Shown: positions 31,101-43,426, counted from the first letter of the stretch. The stretch is 64,000 nucleotides of DNA from a bacterium (GCA_021786315.1 JAJYNN010000002.1:398997-462996); one strand, 5' to 3'. A program made the numbers and translations. Notes: generated by a model from the letters alone, not told the origin.

Positions 31101-31150
31101 AGTCCTAAGTACTAATTTCTAATTACTAAATAATTACAAAAACCCTAAGA
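31101..31150. repeat. Heptamer array downstream of the four-helix-bundle gene
   Basis: CTAA at 31105/12/19/26. Confidence 0.75.
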
Positions 31151-31163
31151 CAAGAACATTATA

Positions 31164-31526
31164 CTACGAAACTTTTTTATAAATCGAATTAAAGATTAAG
31201 TTTAATTCTTTGGCTTCGTTCCATAATTCTCGAGCTTCATCTTTAAGTTCTGGAATTGCGACTGCAATCATCCTAATGAAATGCTTTGCTTCATGAGACT
31301 CTTTTTTGCATATACCAATCTTATGCCTAAAGTCTACTTTACTTTCCGCATCATCTGCTTCACAATAATTTGCTCCTGCGCTAGTTGCACATTTTACTAA
31401 CTGATTTATTAGTGGGTCATTTAATGGGCTTCGTGGAATTTTTTGACAGAATTTAATTATTGACTCACCAAATTTAGCAGTTCTCTCTTCCAGATCAAAT
31501 CTCTTAGAACTTAGATCATTAGGCAT
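31164..31526 (-). CDS. Four helix bundle protein (23S rRNA IVP / TIGR02436-like)
   Basis: DLEERT, QLVKCATSAGANYCEA, SKVDFRHKIGICKKE, EAKELNLIF. Confidence 0.9.
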   Translation of the reverse strand: MPNDLSSKRFDLEERTAKFGESIIKFCQKIPRSPLNDPLINQLVKCATSAGANYCEADDAESKVDFRHKIGICKKESHEAKHFIRMIAVAIPELKDEARELWNEAKELNLIFNSIYKKVS

Positions 31527-31556
31527 TCTTTAGAAATTAGGTTAATTAGTAATTAC
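31503..31556. repeat. Complementary array upstream of the four-helix-bundle gene
   Basis: TTAG at 31504/11/19/30/37/46; shares CTAATTTCTAA and TAATTACTAA in reverse complement with the 31101 array. Confidence 0.75.
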
Positions 31557-32659
31557 TTTCTTGTTAAACTTTCAACTTCTTCCAAAGCTGCTTTTCTTTT
31601 GGGATCCTCGAAATATTTTCTGGCTGGTTCCAATTTATTGATTAGCCATTCAGCTACGGCATTTTTTAAATCCATGGGGTGGAGTTTTTTCTCAGCATAA
31701 TCTTTCTCTAACTCTTCATAGGAAGTGTAAGTTAAATTCCCTCCAAACCTCTCCTCCCTTTTAACCACAAAAGAGGTGTTTAGTTCGTAAAAGATTAACC
31801 ATTTTGTCCAATCCAAAATGGGATTGAATTCAACCTCTCCCTCCGGCGCATAAGCGTGATTGATCTTTCTTTTGATTTCTTCCGGGGTATCGTTCATGTA
31901 AATACCGCTATCGGGTTTGGATTTGCTCATCTTGGCTGCCTCGAGATCCATTTCCTTACGGCCGGTTTCCGGGTTTTCAATTAGGGATGGTTGAAGAAGA
32001 CCTTGGAATAAATGGCCGTGAATAGTGATGGGCTTTTGAAAACCTAACTCATTGGCCGCATCCCGGGCAACGACATGGACATTCCTTTGGTCAGTTCCTG
32101 CCTGGGCAATGTTTACTTCCTGCATAAAGATATCCGCTGCCTGCATGGCCGGATAAATCAGCATGGCTGCATCGGAGACTTCGTTTTCCTTCCTTCCCAT
32201 GATAGTTGTGGAACGGATCATCCTGGATAATGAGGTAGCCTTGGCAACCCGGATAACGGTAGCCCAATAGCTTAAGCCTAATTTTTCATATAGTTCACTG
32301 CCTAGGACAAATTCTATCTTGTCAGGGTCGGCGCCCACACAAAGAGCGGCGGCCTTTAAAACTTCTTCCAGGTAGTCCCTTCCAAGCCTTTTGGCTGTTT
32401 CCAGCTTTCCGTCCAGCTTTTTATTTAACCAGGTGTGCCAATCAGCCAATAATATTGTGGTCTTTACTCCGGCTTCCTGCAGGTCTTTGATTTTGTGCAT
32501 AATGTAAAGTCCCTGGCCAATGTGTATTTTGCCTGAGACTTCGTAGCCGATGTAATGTTTCATGGTTTTGCCAGAGGCAATCAAATCCTCTAACTCTTCA
32601 GGGGTGATAACTTCCTCTAAGTTTCTGGTAATTAAATTAAATTTCTCTTCGTTGGTCAT
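31553..32659 (-). CDS. tyrS: Tyrosine--tRNA ligase, archaeal/eukaryotic type
   Basis: YIGYEVSGKIHIG, LLADWH, YPAMQAADI, GTDQR, KMSKS, LHPMDLK; no S4 domain; start moved to ATG 32659. Confidence 0.9.
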   Translation of the reverse strand: MTNEEKFNLITRNLEEVITPEELEDLIASGKTMKHYIGYEVSGKIHIGQGLYIMHKIKDLQEAGVKTTILLADWHTWLNKKLDGKLETAKRLGRDYLEEVLKAAALCVGADPDKIEFVLGSELYEKLGLSYWATVIRVAKATSLSRMIRSTTIMGRKENEVSDAAMLIYPAMQAADIFMQEVNIAQAGTDQRNVHVVARDAANELGFQKPITIHGHLFQGLLQPSLIENPETGRKEMDLEAAKMSKSKPDSGIYMNDTPEEIKRKINHAYAPEGEVEFNPILDWTKWLIFYELNTSFVVKREERFGGNLTYTSYEELEKDYAEKKLHPMDLKNAVAEWLINKLEPARKYFEDPKRKAALEEVESLTRK

Positions 32660-32677
32660 AAATTGATTATACACCAC

Positions 32678-32713
32678 AAAAAAACTGCCCGGCCAAAGCT
32701 ATGACCGGACAGT
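32678..32713 (-). terminator. Intrinsic terminator
   Basis: Minus strand ACTGTCCGGTCA-loop-TGGCCGGGCAGT followed by a T run. Confidence 0.75.
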
Positions 32714-32736
32714 CTATTCAGAGGTTTTCATACCTT

Positions 32737-32955
32737 TTACTGGTTGTTTTCAACCGGCTGTTCCTCTGTTTTCGGCTGCTCTTCTCCAGCGGCTTCGGGA
32801 GCCTCTGCCTGAGGAGCTACTGCCTGAGAGTCAGTAGTCTCGGCGACTTGGCCTTCCTCTACTCCTCCGGCAACTGGTTGTACAGGTGCATCTACCGGGG
32901 CTACCGGAGCTACACCTTGACCCTGAGTTTGGTCCTGAGTGTTTTGATCATCCAT
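32737..32955 (-). CDS. Small acidic low-complexity protein
   Basis: Q/E/P/A-rich; SD GAGGGGTGA before ATG 32955; followed by a terminator. Confidence 0.7.
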   Translation of the reverse strand: MDDQNTQDQTQGQGVAPVAPVDAPVQPVAGGVEEGQVAETTDSQAVAPQAEAPEAAGEEQPKTEEQPVENNQ

Positions 32956-33080
32956 GAAATTTCTCACCCCCTCTCTTTTTGTGAAGTTCTAGACATGTTA
33001 AAGGAGAATTACAGGATTAGTCAACCCTGTCAATATTATTATAACTAATTTATTTAATATAGGTATATAGTTGTGCTAAG

Positions 33081-34916
33081 ATGAAGGGTATGCCACAAGA
33101 TCAAAAATCTCCAATGTCGAAAAAAACCAAGTTCAGAGAGACGATGTTAGTCTCAGCAAAATTGTTGGGTTTTGTCTGGGAAGTTGACCGGCTGCTTTTT
33201 GTGGGCAACCTGGTGGCAATGATCGTGCCTCCGGCAATCTCCTTTATTAACGCCTATCTTTTTAAGTTAACAATCGATTTGGTGGTTAAAAGCGTTTCCG
33301 GAGGGAATTTTGATGTTGGCAGGCTTTATTATTTGCTGGCATTAATTGCTGTTGCTTCCTTTGCCCGGGAAATATCCTATGTCTTTCAGGATTACGTAGT
33401 GAAGGCGCTTTATTTAAAGATGCCGTTAACTTTATACCAAAAGGTACTTACCAAGATTGCCTCGTTAGACCTGCAGTACTTTGAGGATGATAAATTCCGT
33501 GACCGGTTACAAAAAGTCAGGGAAAATTACGACCACCGCCCCCTGGGAATGCTGCAGAACTTGTTCCTCTTGATCCAAAGCGTGGTCCAGATGCTTATAG
33601 CCTTAGCGGCGATTCTAAAACTCAGTCCGTTTTTGGCTATCCTGCTTCTGGTGGTCTCGGTCCCGGATTTTGTTAACCGGATCTACTTCTCCAAGTTTAC
33701 CTGGTGGATCTGGAGTGAACGCGCGCCTTACCGGAAGAAATATATCTATATTACTGAGCTGATCCAAAAGAATGAAAGCGTTAAAGAGTTAAAGATCTTC
33801 CAATTGGGCAAGAGATTTCTCCACGAACTTTCCTCAATCCAGGAAGAGTTTTACCACACCAATATTAAAGTGGCCCGCCAGCAAATGGGGGTTAATTCTA
33901 TCTTTGGATTTTTGGACAGCGTGGTAATGACCGGAGTTTTGGGGTATGTGGTTTTACAGGCCTTTGTCAAAAAGATTACCGTCGGAGACATCACTTTTTA
34001 TTTTCAGGTGGTCAACAACTTTAACCAGGGTTTAGGAGGATTATTCCGGACAGCCAGCCGGGTTTTTGAGGATAGCCTTTATGTCAAAGAGGTATTTGAT
34101 CTATTGGATGTCGAACCAAAGATTGTTCCCGCGGAAAATCCGGTGAAGATTGATTACAACAAAGCCCCGAAAGTGGAGTTTAAAAACGTCACTTTTGCTT
34201 ATCCGGGAACTACCAGGAAAGTATTTCAGGACTTTTCCCTGGTTATTAACCCTGGAGAAAAGATTGCTTTGGTCGGAGAAAACGGTGCCGGAAAGACGAC
34301 TCTAATTAAGCTTTTGTCCCGTTTTTATGATGTTGACGGGGGAGAGATTTTAGTTGACGGCATTAATATTAAGAATTTAGATTTGGACACCTGGTACAAG
34401 ACTATCGGAATCTTGTTCCAGGACTTTGTCCGTTATGAATATTCAGCCAAGGATAATATCTATTTTGGTAAGGCTTGGGAAAAGGAGGATCTGGAGGGAA
34501 TTGTTGATGCTGCCCGTTCTGCCGGGGCCCACGAGATGATCCATAAGTTTGATGCCGAATACGAACAGATGTTGGGGCGGACTTTTGAGGGCGGAATGGA
34601 ACTCTCCGGCGGCCAATGGCAAAAGGTGGCCTTGTCCCGGGCTTTCTTCCGTAATGCCCCAATCCTGGTTTTGGATGAACCGACTGCGGCCATTGATGCC
34701 AAGGCGGAATCAGAAATCTTTAACCGGGTGGAAAAACTTTCCAAGGATAAAACGGTCATTATTATCTCCCACCGCTTTTCTACCGTCCGCAATGCTGACA
34801 AAATTTATGTTGTGGAAAATGGAAAGATTACTGAATCCGGTGACCACAAAGAATTAATGAAGTTAAACGGCCAATACGCCAACCTCTTTAATCTCCAGGC
34901 AAAAGGTTATCAGTAA
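33081..34916 (+). CDS. ABC exporter, fused TMD-NBD
   Basis: GENGAGKTT, LSGGQWQ, LDEPT, ISHR. Confidence 0.93.
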   Translation: MKGMPQDQKSPMSKKTKFRETMLVSAKLLGFVWEVDRLLFVGNLVAMIVPPAISFINAYLFKLTIDLVVKSVSGGNFDVGRLYYLLALIAVASFAREISYVFQDYVVKALYLKMPLTLYQKVLTKIASLDLQYFEDDKFRDRLQKVRENYDHRPLGMLQNLFLLIQSVVQMLIALAAILKLSPFLAILLLVVSVPDFVNRIYFSKFTWWIWSERAPYRKKYIYITELIQKNESVKELKIFQLGKRFLHELSSIQEEFYHTNIKVARQQMGVNSIFGFLDSVVMTGVLGYVVLQAFVKKITVGDITFYFQVVNNFNQGLGGLFRTASRVFEDSLYVKEVFDLLDVEPKIVPAENPVKIDYNKAPKVEFKNVTFAYPGTTRKVFQDFSLVINPGEKIALVGENGAGKTTLIKLLSRFYDVDGGEILVDGINIKNLDLDTWYKTIGILFQDFVRYEYSAKDNIYFGKAWEKEDLEGIVDAARSAGAHEMIHKFDAEYEQMLGRTFEGGMELSGGQWQKVALSRAFFRNAPILVLDEPTAAIDAKAESEIFNRVEKLSKDKTVIIISHRFSTVRNADKIYVVENGKITESGDHKELMKLNGQYANLFNLQAKGYQ

Positions 34917-34920
34917 TATA

Positions 34921-35673
34921 TTACAGAGAGTTTTTAATTACTTGAGCCCAGAGTTGGTAACCCTTGTCTGAGGGGTGGAAGAAATCGGAAGAATACAAGC
35001 CTTGGTCGTTCTTCATGGAAGCTTGGGTAGAAGTATATAGATCGATTAACTGCAGATTATTTTTTTCGGCCAAACTTTTAATAGCTTCATTATATTTTTG
35101 AGTTCTGTAATCCACTAAATAGTTAAAGGGCGGAAGAAGTGTTTTTGATCCTAGATATGGCAAATTAATCAAGACAATTTTGGCTTGGTTATTAGTTTTT
35201 AATCCAGAGATAATTTCCTGGTAGTTTTTCTTAAAATTGTTTAGACTTTCAAAGTTATGTAGATCGTTTATACCAATAAAGATAGTAATTACAGTGGTTA
35301 AATGTGGATTTTTGGCTGGGGAAATATTTGTTTTGGCTAGATTTATTTGAGAGTTTAAGACATCTGCAGTAGTGGCCTGGGGCTGGCCAAAATTATTCAG
35401 GACGACTGACTCATATCTTTTCGCTAAACTTTGGGCAATAAGAACAGGGAAAGGCTTCATATGATCAGAAGCACCAATACCTGCAGTCAGGCTGTCTCCT
35501 AAGGCAATATAGACTAAGGTGTTTTCTCTCCCCTGCCCTTCAAAAACATAATATGTTTGATTTGGGTTAGTTAAAGGATGTGATCCGAGATAGTCATAAT
35601 AATAAGCATAGGATCGGTTGAAATAAAGAAAAACTAAACCGGCAATAATGATTGCGTAAATGAGCAGACGCAT
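34921..35673 (-). CDS. SGNH/GDSL hydrolase with N-terminal anchor
   Basis: LGDSLTAG, IGIND, DFFHP. Confidence 0.9.
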   Translation of the reverse strand: MRLLIYAIIIAGLVFLYFNRSYAYYYDYLGSHPLTNPNQTYYVFEGQGRENTLVYIALGDSLTAGIGASDHMKPFPVLIAQSLAKRYESVVLNNFGQPQATTADVLNSQINLAKTNISPAKNPHLTTVITIFIGINDLHNFESLNNFKKNYQEIISGLKTNNQAKIVLINLPYLGSKTLLPPFNYLVDYRTQKYNEAIKSLAEKNNLQLIDLYTSTQASMKNDQGLYSSDFFHPSDKGYQLWAQVIKNSL

Positions 35674-35701
35674 AGATTTAATATACTATATTTAAATGTC
35701 C

Positions 35702-35731
35702 TTGACGCACTTTTAGTTTCTCCCTTACAAT
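35702..35731 (+). promoter_or_regulatory. atp operon promoter
   Basis: TTGACG-18 nt-TACAAT. Confidence 0.55.
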
Positions 35732-35750
35732 ATATCGTTGGAAAAAGTTT

Positions 35751-35783
35751 ATAGGGCTACCTTCGCTTCGCGAACGATCCTGT
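35751..35783 (+). repeat. Palindromic repeat family A, copy 4 (first hairpin only)
   Basis: ATAGGGCTACC-TTCGC-TTC-GCGAA-CGATCCTGT. Confidence 0.9.
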
Positions 35784-35799
35784 ATTATAAAAATGTCAT

Positions 35800-36537
35800 A
35801 TGAATATTGAATTAGCAGCAGAACAAATTGGTCACATCGGTGCTTTGCCGGTTACTAACACCATGCTGATGAGCTGGGTGGTAACGGCAATCTTGAGTAT
35901 TACCGCCATTATCGTTTCCCGGAAAGTTACCCTTGTTCCGGCAGGATTACAAAACTTTTTTGAATTTGTTATTGAATATGCCTACAACATGACTGAAGAA
36001 TTGGCTCACTCCAAAGCCAAGGTATTTTTCCCGTTTATCATGACCTTCTTCCTTTTCATTATCACTTCCAACTGGCTGGGGCTTTTGCCTGGATTCGGAA
36101 CTATTGGTTTTAATGAGATTAAGGATGGCAAGGAAACTTTCATTCCCCTGCTCCGCTCCATTAACGCCGACCTGAATATGACTTTGTCCCTGGCTTTAGT
36201 CTCAGTAATAGTTACCCACTTTTTTGCGGTTAGATACTTAGGAATTAAAGATTATTTAAAGAAATGGTTTGCTTTAAACCCCATTTTTCTATTTGTTGGC
36301 CTTTTAGAGTTGGTGGGAGAAGTTACTAAAGTAGTCTCGCTTTCCTTTCGGCTTTTTGGTAATATATTTGCGGGCGAAGTTGTACTGGCAACAATTGCCG
36401 GTATTTTTGCTTTTGTGGCACCTCTCCCCTTCTATTTCTTGGAAATTATTGTGGGGTTTGTACAGGCAGCAGTCTTTATGATGCTTACCTTAACGTTTAT
36501 GGTGCTTTTAACGGAAAAACATGGTGAGGAGCATTAG
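35800..36537 (+). CDS. atpB: ATP synthase F0 subunit a
   Basis: QNFFE, NWLGLLP, SLSFRLFGNIFAGE, VQAAVF. Confidence 0.96.
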   Translation: MNIELAAEQIGHIGALPVTNTMLMSWVVTAILSITAIIVSRKVTLVPAGLQNFFEFVIEYAYNMTEELAHSKAKVFFPFIMTFFLFIITSNWLGLLPGFGTIGFNEIKDGKETFIPLLRSINADLNMTLSLALVSVIVTHFFAVRYLGIKDYLKKWFALNPIFLFVGLLELVGEVTKVVSLSFRLFGNIFAGEVVLATIAGIFAFVAPLPFYFLEIIVGFVQAAVFMMLTLTFMVLLTEKHGEEH

Positions 36538-36609
36538 ATTTAAGATTTAAGAGGTAAGATTTAAGAATGTTAAAATTCCTAAATCCTAATTCCTAAATCT
36601 TAATTCTTG
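36534..36609 (+). repeat. Paired inverted heptamer arrays between atpB and atpE
   Basis: Five TAAGATT-like units, then five AATCCTA/AATCTTA-like units. Confidence 0.9.
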
Positions 36610-36679
36610 CCAATTTAGGTTTGAATTAAGTATTTAAATGGAGTTTATCTTAAAAGATAGCTCGGAAAGGAGAATTTAA

Positions 36680-36883
<204 letters not shown>

Positions 36884-36886
<3 letters not shown>

Positions 36887-36954
36887 AGTCTAGAGTCGAG
36901 AGTCCGGAGTCTGGAAATAACTTTCTAGTCACTTGACTCTAGCGACTAGACTCT
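36884..36954 (+). repeat. Paired inverted heptamer arrays between atpE and atpF
   Basis: TAGAGTC TAGAGTC GAGAGTC CGGAGTC ... TGACTCT AGCGACT AGACTCT. Confidence 0.85.
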
Positions 36955-36961
36955 GTCACAT

Positions 36962-37453
36962 ATGAATTTTTTAACTGAGTTTGGAGTCAAACCAATTTTA
37001 CTTTTGGCCCAGGTGGTCAACTTCCTGATCCTCCTTTTTATCTTAAAGAGGTTTTTGTATAAACCGATCCTGAAGGTGTTGGAAGACCGCAAGCAAAAGA
37101 TTGCCCAAGGGTTACAAGATGCCGACGAGATTGAAAAAAGACTACAGCAAATTACCGCTGAGCGCGAGGAGAAGCTAAAAGCTGCCGGTAAGGATGCCGA
37201 GGGGATCTTAAGAGAAGCTACTAAAACAGCGGAACAAATTATTGCTGAGGCACACGTTAAGGCCCAAAAGGATATTGAAAAATTAATGGAAAAATCAGAG
37301 GCCAATATGAAACTGGAAAGGGCGAAGATGCAACAGGAAATGCAGGCAGAATTAGTGGATTTGGTGGTGTTGGCTTTGGGGAAAATTACCGGCAAAGTTG
37401 TCAGCAGCAGGGATCACAAGGAGATGATTGAAAAAACACTTAAAAATCTATGA
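36962..37453 (+). CDS. atpF: ATP synthase F0 subunit b
   Basis: QVVNFLIL, YKPILKVLEDR, coiled coil. Confidence 0.95.
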   Translation: MNFLTEFGVKPILLLAQVVNFLILLFILKRFLYKPILKVLEDRKQKIAQGLQDADEIEKRLQQITAEREEKLKAAGKDAEGILREATKTAEQIIAEAHVKAQKDIEKLMEKSEANMKLERAKMQQEMQAELVDLVVLALGKITGKVVSSRDHKEMIEKTLKNL

Positions 37454-37839
37454 AATCGAAACAAATTAAAAATCTAGCCAGAAAAACAGCAGTTTTAAGT
37501 TTTAATACCCAGGGGGTAATTGATGCTGAGAGAGTGAAAAAATATACTTCTCAGATTAAAAAACTCCCCCTTTCCCAAGCTTTGCCGCTTCTTCAGGAAT
37601 ACCTTAAAGAACTTAAAAAAGAGATGATGAATCGAACCTTAAGTATTGAGTCTGTAGTGGAAATTAGTGCTGCTCAGATGGAACACATTAAAAAAGCCTT
37701 TTCCCATACTCCTGTATCCCAAATAGAAACTTCCCATAATCCGTCTCTGTTGGGCGGGGTGAAAGTCAAAATCGGTGACATGGTATATAATGATTCGTTG
37801 GCTGAAAAAATAAACCAGCTGAAGAAGGCAACAATATGA
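37450..37839 (+). CDS. atpH: ATP synthase F1 subunit delta, short
   Basis: [13 protein letters not shown]; position in operon. Confidence 0.88.
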   Translation: MKSKQIKNLARKTAVLSFNTQGVIDAERVKKYTSQIKKLPLSQALPLLQEYLKELKKEMMNRTLSIESVVEISAAQMEHIKKAFSHTPVSQIETSHNPSLLGGVKVKIGDMVYNDSLAEKINQLKKATI

Positions 37840-39428
37840 ACAACGTTATCAGCTTAGTTGAAAAAGAAATAGAAAACTTAAAAACTTCAGCCGTCATGGA
37901 AAATGTCGGAACCGTGGTGGAAGTGGGAGACGGAATCGCTAAAGTTGAAGGTTTGTCCCAGGTCCAGATGTCTGAGTTGGTAGAATTTTCCGGCGGAATC
38001 CAAGGACTAGCTTTGAATTTGGAGGAGCATTCTGTTGGTGTCATTGTTTTGGGCGACTTTACCCAGATCAAAGAAGGTGATGAGGTAAAAACCACCGGTA
38101 AATTACTTCAGGTTCCGGTGGGTGATGAATTAGCCGGCCGGGTGGTTGATGCAATGGGTAATCCTTTGGATGGTAAAGGCCCAATTAAAACCAAAAAATC
38201 CTATCCGGTGGAAAAAGTTGCTCCGGGTGTTATTACCCGAAAACACGTTTCTGTACCTCTCCAAACCGGTATCAAAGCCATTGATGCCATGATCCCCATT
38301 GGCCGGGGTCAAAGGGAGTTAATTATCGGCGACCGGAATACCGGAAAGACCACCATCGCCATTGATACCATCATCAACCAAAAAGACGTTATCTGTATTT
38401 ATGTGGCCATCGGCCAAAAGGCTTCCAAGATTGCTCAACTGGTCAACAAGCTGGAAGAAAACGGGGCCATGGAACACACCATTATTGTTTCCGCTTCCGC
38501 TGCTGATCCGGCAACTATGCAATATCTTGCTCCCTACTCCGGTTGTGCTATGGGCGAATATTTTATGGATGAAGGAAAAGATGCCTTAATCATCTATGAT
38601 GATTTGTCCAAGCACGCTTGGGCTTACCGCCAGGTTTCCTTGCTTCTCCGAAGGCCTTCCGGCCGTGAAGCTTATCCGGGAGATGTCTTTTACCTTCATT
38701 CCCGACTGCTCGAGCGGGCGGCCAGAATGGATGAAAAATATGGCGGCGGATCACTCACTGCCTTGCCGGTGATTGAAACCCAGGCAGGTGACGTTTCTGC
38801 TTACATCCCAACTAACGTTATCTCCATTACCGACGGACAAATTTATCTGGAAAGTGACCTTTTCTATGCCGGTACCAGACCTGCCTTAAACGTTGGTTTA
38901 TCTGTTTCCCGGGTGGGTGGTGACGCCCAACTGAAAGCCATGAAAGCTGTGGCCGGCAAGCTGCGTTTGGACTTGGCCCAGTTTAGGGAATTGGCTGCTT
39001 TTGCTCAATTCTCTTCGGACTTGGATCCGGCTACCAAAGCCCAAATTGACCGGGGCCGCAGAATTACCGAGATCTTAAAGCAACCGCCTTATAACCCGGT
39101 TCCGGTTGCCGAGCAAATTGCTATTCTTTGGGCTGTGACTCAGGGACATCTGGATGAGATTGAAGTGGAGAAAGTTCGGGAATTTGAAGAAAGATTCTTA
39201 ACTCACTTAAGACTCTCAGACAAAAAACTTCTTTCTGACATTACTGAAAAGAAAGTATTGGATGAGGGCTTAACAGCGCAGTTAGAAAAAGCGGTGAAGA
39301 AAGTTTTAGCACAATTTTCTGGAGCGTCAGAGTATCAGAGTGTTAGCGTATCAGAGGAGAAAAGTTCCGACACTCCGACACGCCGAAATTCTGATACGCC
39401 GAAAACAAAGAAAGGAAAGAAAAAATAA
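37836..39428 (+). CDS. atpA: ATP synthase F1 subunit alpha
   Basis: [35 protein letters not shown]. Confidence 0.98.
   Translation: MNNVISLVEKEIENLKTSAVMENVGTVVEVGDGIAKVEGLSQVQMSELVEFSGGIQGLALNLEEHSVGVIVLGDFTQIKEGDEVKTTGKLLQVPVGDELAGRVVDAMGNPLDGKGPIKTKKSYPVEKVAPGVITRKHVSVPLQTGIKAIDAMIPIGRGQRELIIGDRNTGKTTIAIDTIINQKDVICIYVAIGQKASKIAQLVNKLEENGAMEHTIIVSASAADPATMQYLAPYSGCAMGEYFMDEGKDALIIYDDLSKHAWAYRQVSLLLRRPSGREAYPGDVFYLHSRLLERAARMDEKYGGGSLTALPVIETQAGDVSAYIPTNVISITDGQIYLESDLFYAGTRPALNVGLSVSRVGGDAQLKAMKAVAGKLRLDLAQFRELAAFAQFSSDLDPATKAQIDRGRRITEILKQPPYNPVPVAEQIAILWAVTQGHLDEIEVEKVREFEERFLTHLRLSDKKLLSDITEKKVLDEGLTAQLEKAVKKVLAQFSGASEYQSVSVSEEKSSDTPTRRNSDTPKTKKGKKK
39322..39403 (+). repeat. Paired inverted octamer arrays, in frame in the atpA 3' end
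   Basis: GAGCGTCA GAGTATCA GAGTGTTA GCGTATCA ... CCGACACT CCGACACG CCGAAATT CTGATACG. Confidence 0.8.
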
Positions 39429-40306
39429 TGCCGAGCACCAGAGATCTAAGACGACGGATTAAATCCATTAAAAACACCAGCCAGATTACCAAGGCTATGC
39501 AGATGGTTTCGGCTACCAAGATGAGAAAGGCTCAAAACCAAGCCTTACAAGCTCGTCCCTATACTCAAACCTTATTGACAGTCCTAGCTCAAGCTCAGGG
39601 GAAAATTAATATTGAAGCTCATCCCCTGCTTTCCGGCAGTACCGGTACAAAGAGAGGGGTTCTCTTCTTCTCGACGGATAAGGGGCTTTGTGGGGCCTTA
39701 AACACGAACTTGATGAGAATTATGAATTCTGAATTACGAATTATGAATAAACAAACAATTGTTTATACTGTTGGGAAAAAAGGCAGGGATTTTGTTGTAA
39801 GAACTGGAAATGATCTAGCCGCTGATTTCGAAAACCAGGAGAAAGTTGAATTTAGACAGGCTAGTTCGTTAAGGAAGATGGTTATTGATGCCTATCTTAA
39901 GGGAGAGGTTGGTGAGGTCTATCTTCTCTACCCTCATTTTCTCTCAACACTCCGACAGGAACCCCGAATGGTGAAGATTTTGCCTATTGATCAGGGTTTA
40001 TTTAACGAATTTGTCACCCAAAATACCCAGGAACAAGGAGTTTCTTCCAGTGAATTTTTATTTGAACCCAATATGGATCAAATCCTGGATTTTGCCTTAA
40101 CTCACTTTATTGAAACCCAAATTTATCAGGCACTTTTGGAAACCAAAGCCTCAGAACATTCTGCAAGAATGATTGCCATGCAGAATGCGACAGACAATGC
40201 CAAGGATCTGGTCTCGGATCTTACTTTGGCATATAATCAAATCCGCCAAAATGCCATTACAACTGAACTTTTGGAAATTACATCAGCGGGAGCTGCCTTG
40301 GAGTAG
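39428..40306 (+). CDS. atpG: ATP synthase F1 subunit gamma
   Basis: QITKAMQMVS, DKGLCG, ASEHSARMIAM, RQNAITTEL. Confidence 0.97.
   Translation: MPSTRDLRRRIKSIKNTSQITKAMQMVSATKMRKAQNQALQARPYTQTLLTVLAQAQGKINIEAHPLLSGSTGTKRGVLFFSTDKGLCGALNTNLMRIMNSELRIMNKQTIVYTVGKKGRDFVVRTGNDLAADFENQEKVEFRQASSLRKMVIDAYLKGEVGEVYLLYPHFLSTLRQEPRMVKILPIDQGLFNEFVTQNTQEQGVSSSEFLFEPNMDQILDFALTHFIETQIYQALLETKASEHSARMIAMQNATDNAKDLVSDLTLAYNQIRQNAITTELLEITSAGAALE
39717..39750 (+). repeat. Heptamer array GAATTNN, in frame in atpG
   Basis: GAATTAT GAATTCT GAATTAC GAATTAT GAATAA, encoding RIMNSELRIMNK. Confidence 0.85.
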
Positions 40307-40312
40307 AAAGTT

Positions 40313-42724
<2,412 letters not shown>

Positions 42725-42775
42725 AGGCAGATAATAACATATTCCGACCAATAAAAATATTATAGGTTAAAACCT

Positions 42776-42819
42776 AAGCCTTCTACATGAAAGGCACCAT
42801 CAACGAAGTTACTACTTAA
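42776..42819 (+). pseudogene. atpD: Duplicated 3' end of atpD
   Basis: Encodes [13 protein letters not shown], versus [13 protein letters not shown] at 41875-41918. Confidence 0.9.
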
Positions 42820-43358
42820 TCAAAAAGTTTAACCAGAAAAGGAAATTCTTTGTAGGGCTGGTTATAAGTATCTGAACCCATATGTCCCTCTCCTTTTTGA
42901 ATAATTAAAGTACCTTTACCTAAATTATCTAATATGTTTCTACCCTGTTTATCGTCACATCCCCAGGGGTCATTGTCAGAATTAATAAGGATAATATCCT
43001 CTACATTTTCGCCAATTTTTTTCCAGTCATACTTATCTTGAAGTATTGATGTAGAGCCATCCGGTAAGGGAGTGGAAAACCCAGCTACTAAAATTGCTTG
43101 CTTAATCTTAACGTTAAGTTGTTCTAAAACACTTAAGATTAAAGGGCAACCTGCTGAGTGCCCAACGAGCAAGGTCTCTTCATTGTAAGCTTCTTTAAAT
43201 GCTGCCGGCAACCAGCTGGCCAAATCTGGATTGTCAGTATTGGGCAATTGAGGTATGGAAATAATATATCCTTTTTTCTCGAGTTCTAATTTTATGTAAG
43301 GAAACCAAAAAGATTCTGGTGTTTCTCCTGAACCATGCAATATTACTGCATTTTTCAT
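42816..43358 (-). CDS. RBBP9/YdeN-family alpha/beta hydrolase
   Basis: ILHG, WFPY, GHSAG, SDNDP, GH. Confidence 0.88.
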   Translation of the reverse strand: MKNAVILHGSGETPESFWFPYIKLELEKKGYIISIPQLPNTDNPDLASWLPAAFKEAYNEETLLVGHSAGCPLILSVLEQLNVKIKQAILVAGFSTPLPDGSTSILQDKYDWKKIGENVEDIILINSDNDPWGCDDKQGRNILDNLGKGTLIIQKGEGHMGSDTYNQPYKEFPFLVKLFD

Positions 43359-43426
43359 CTTGGGGATAATATATCATAAAAGGAAAAATAACTTAAAGTA
43401 GATAAACTCTTTGTTATAATCCAGAT

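Noticed and set aside
31164-31526. Diversity-generating retroelement, given the Avd-like fold
   Set aside because: No reverse transcriptase and no TR/VR pair seen in the window.
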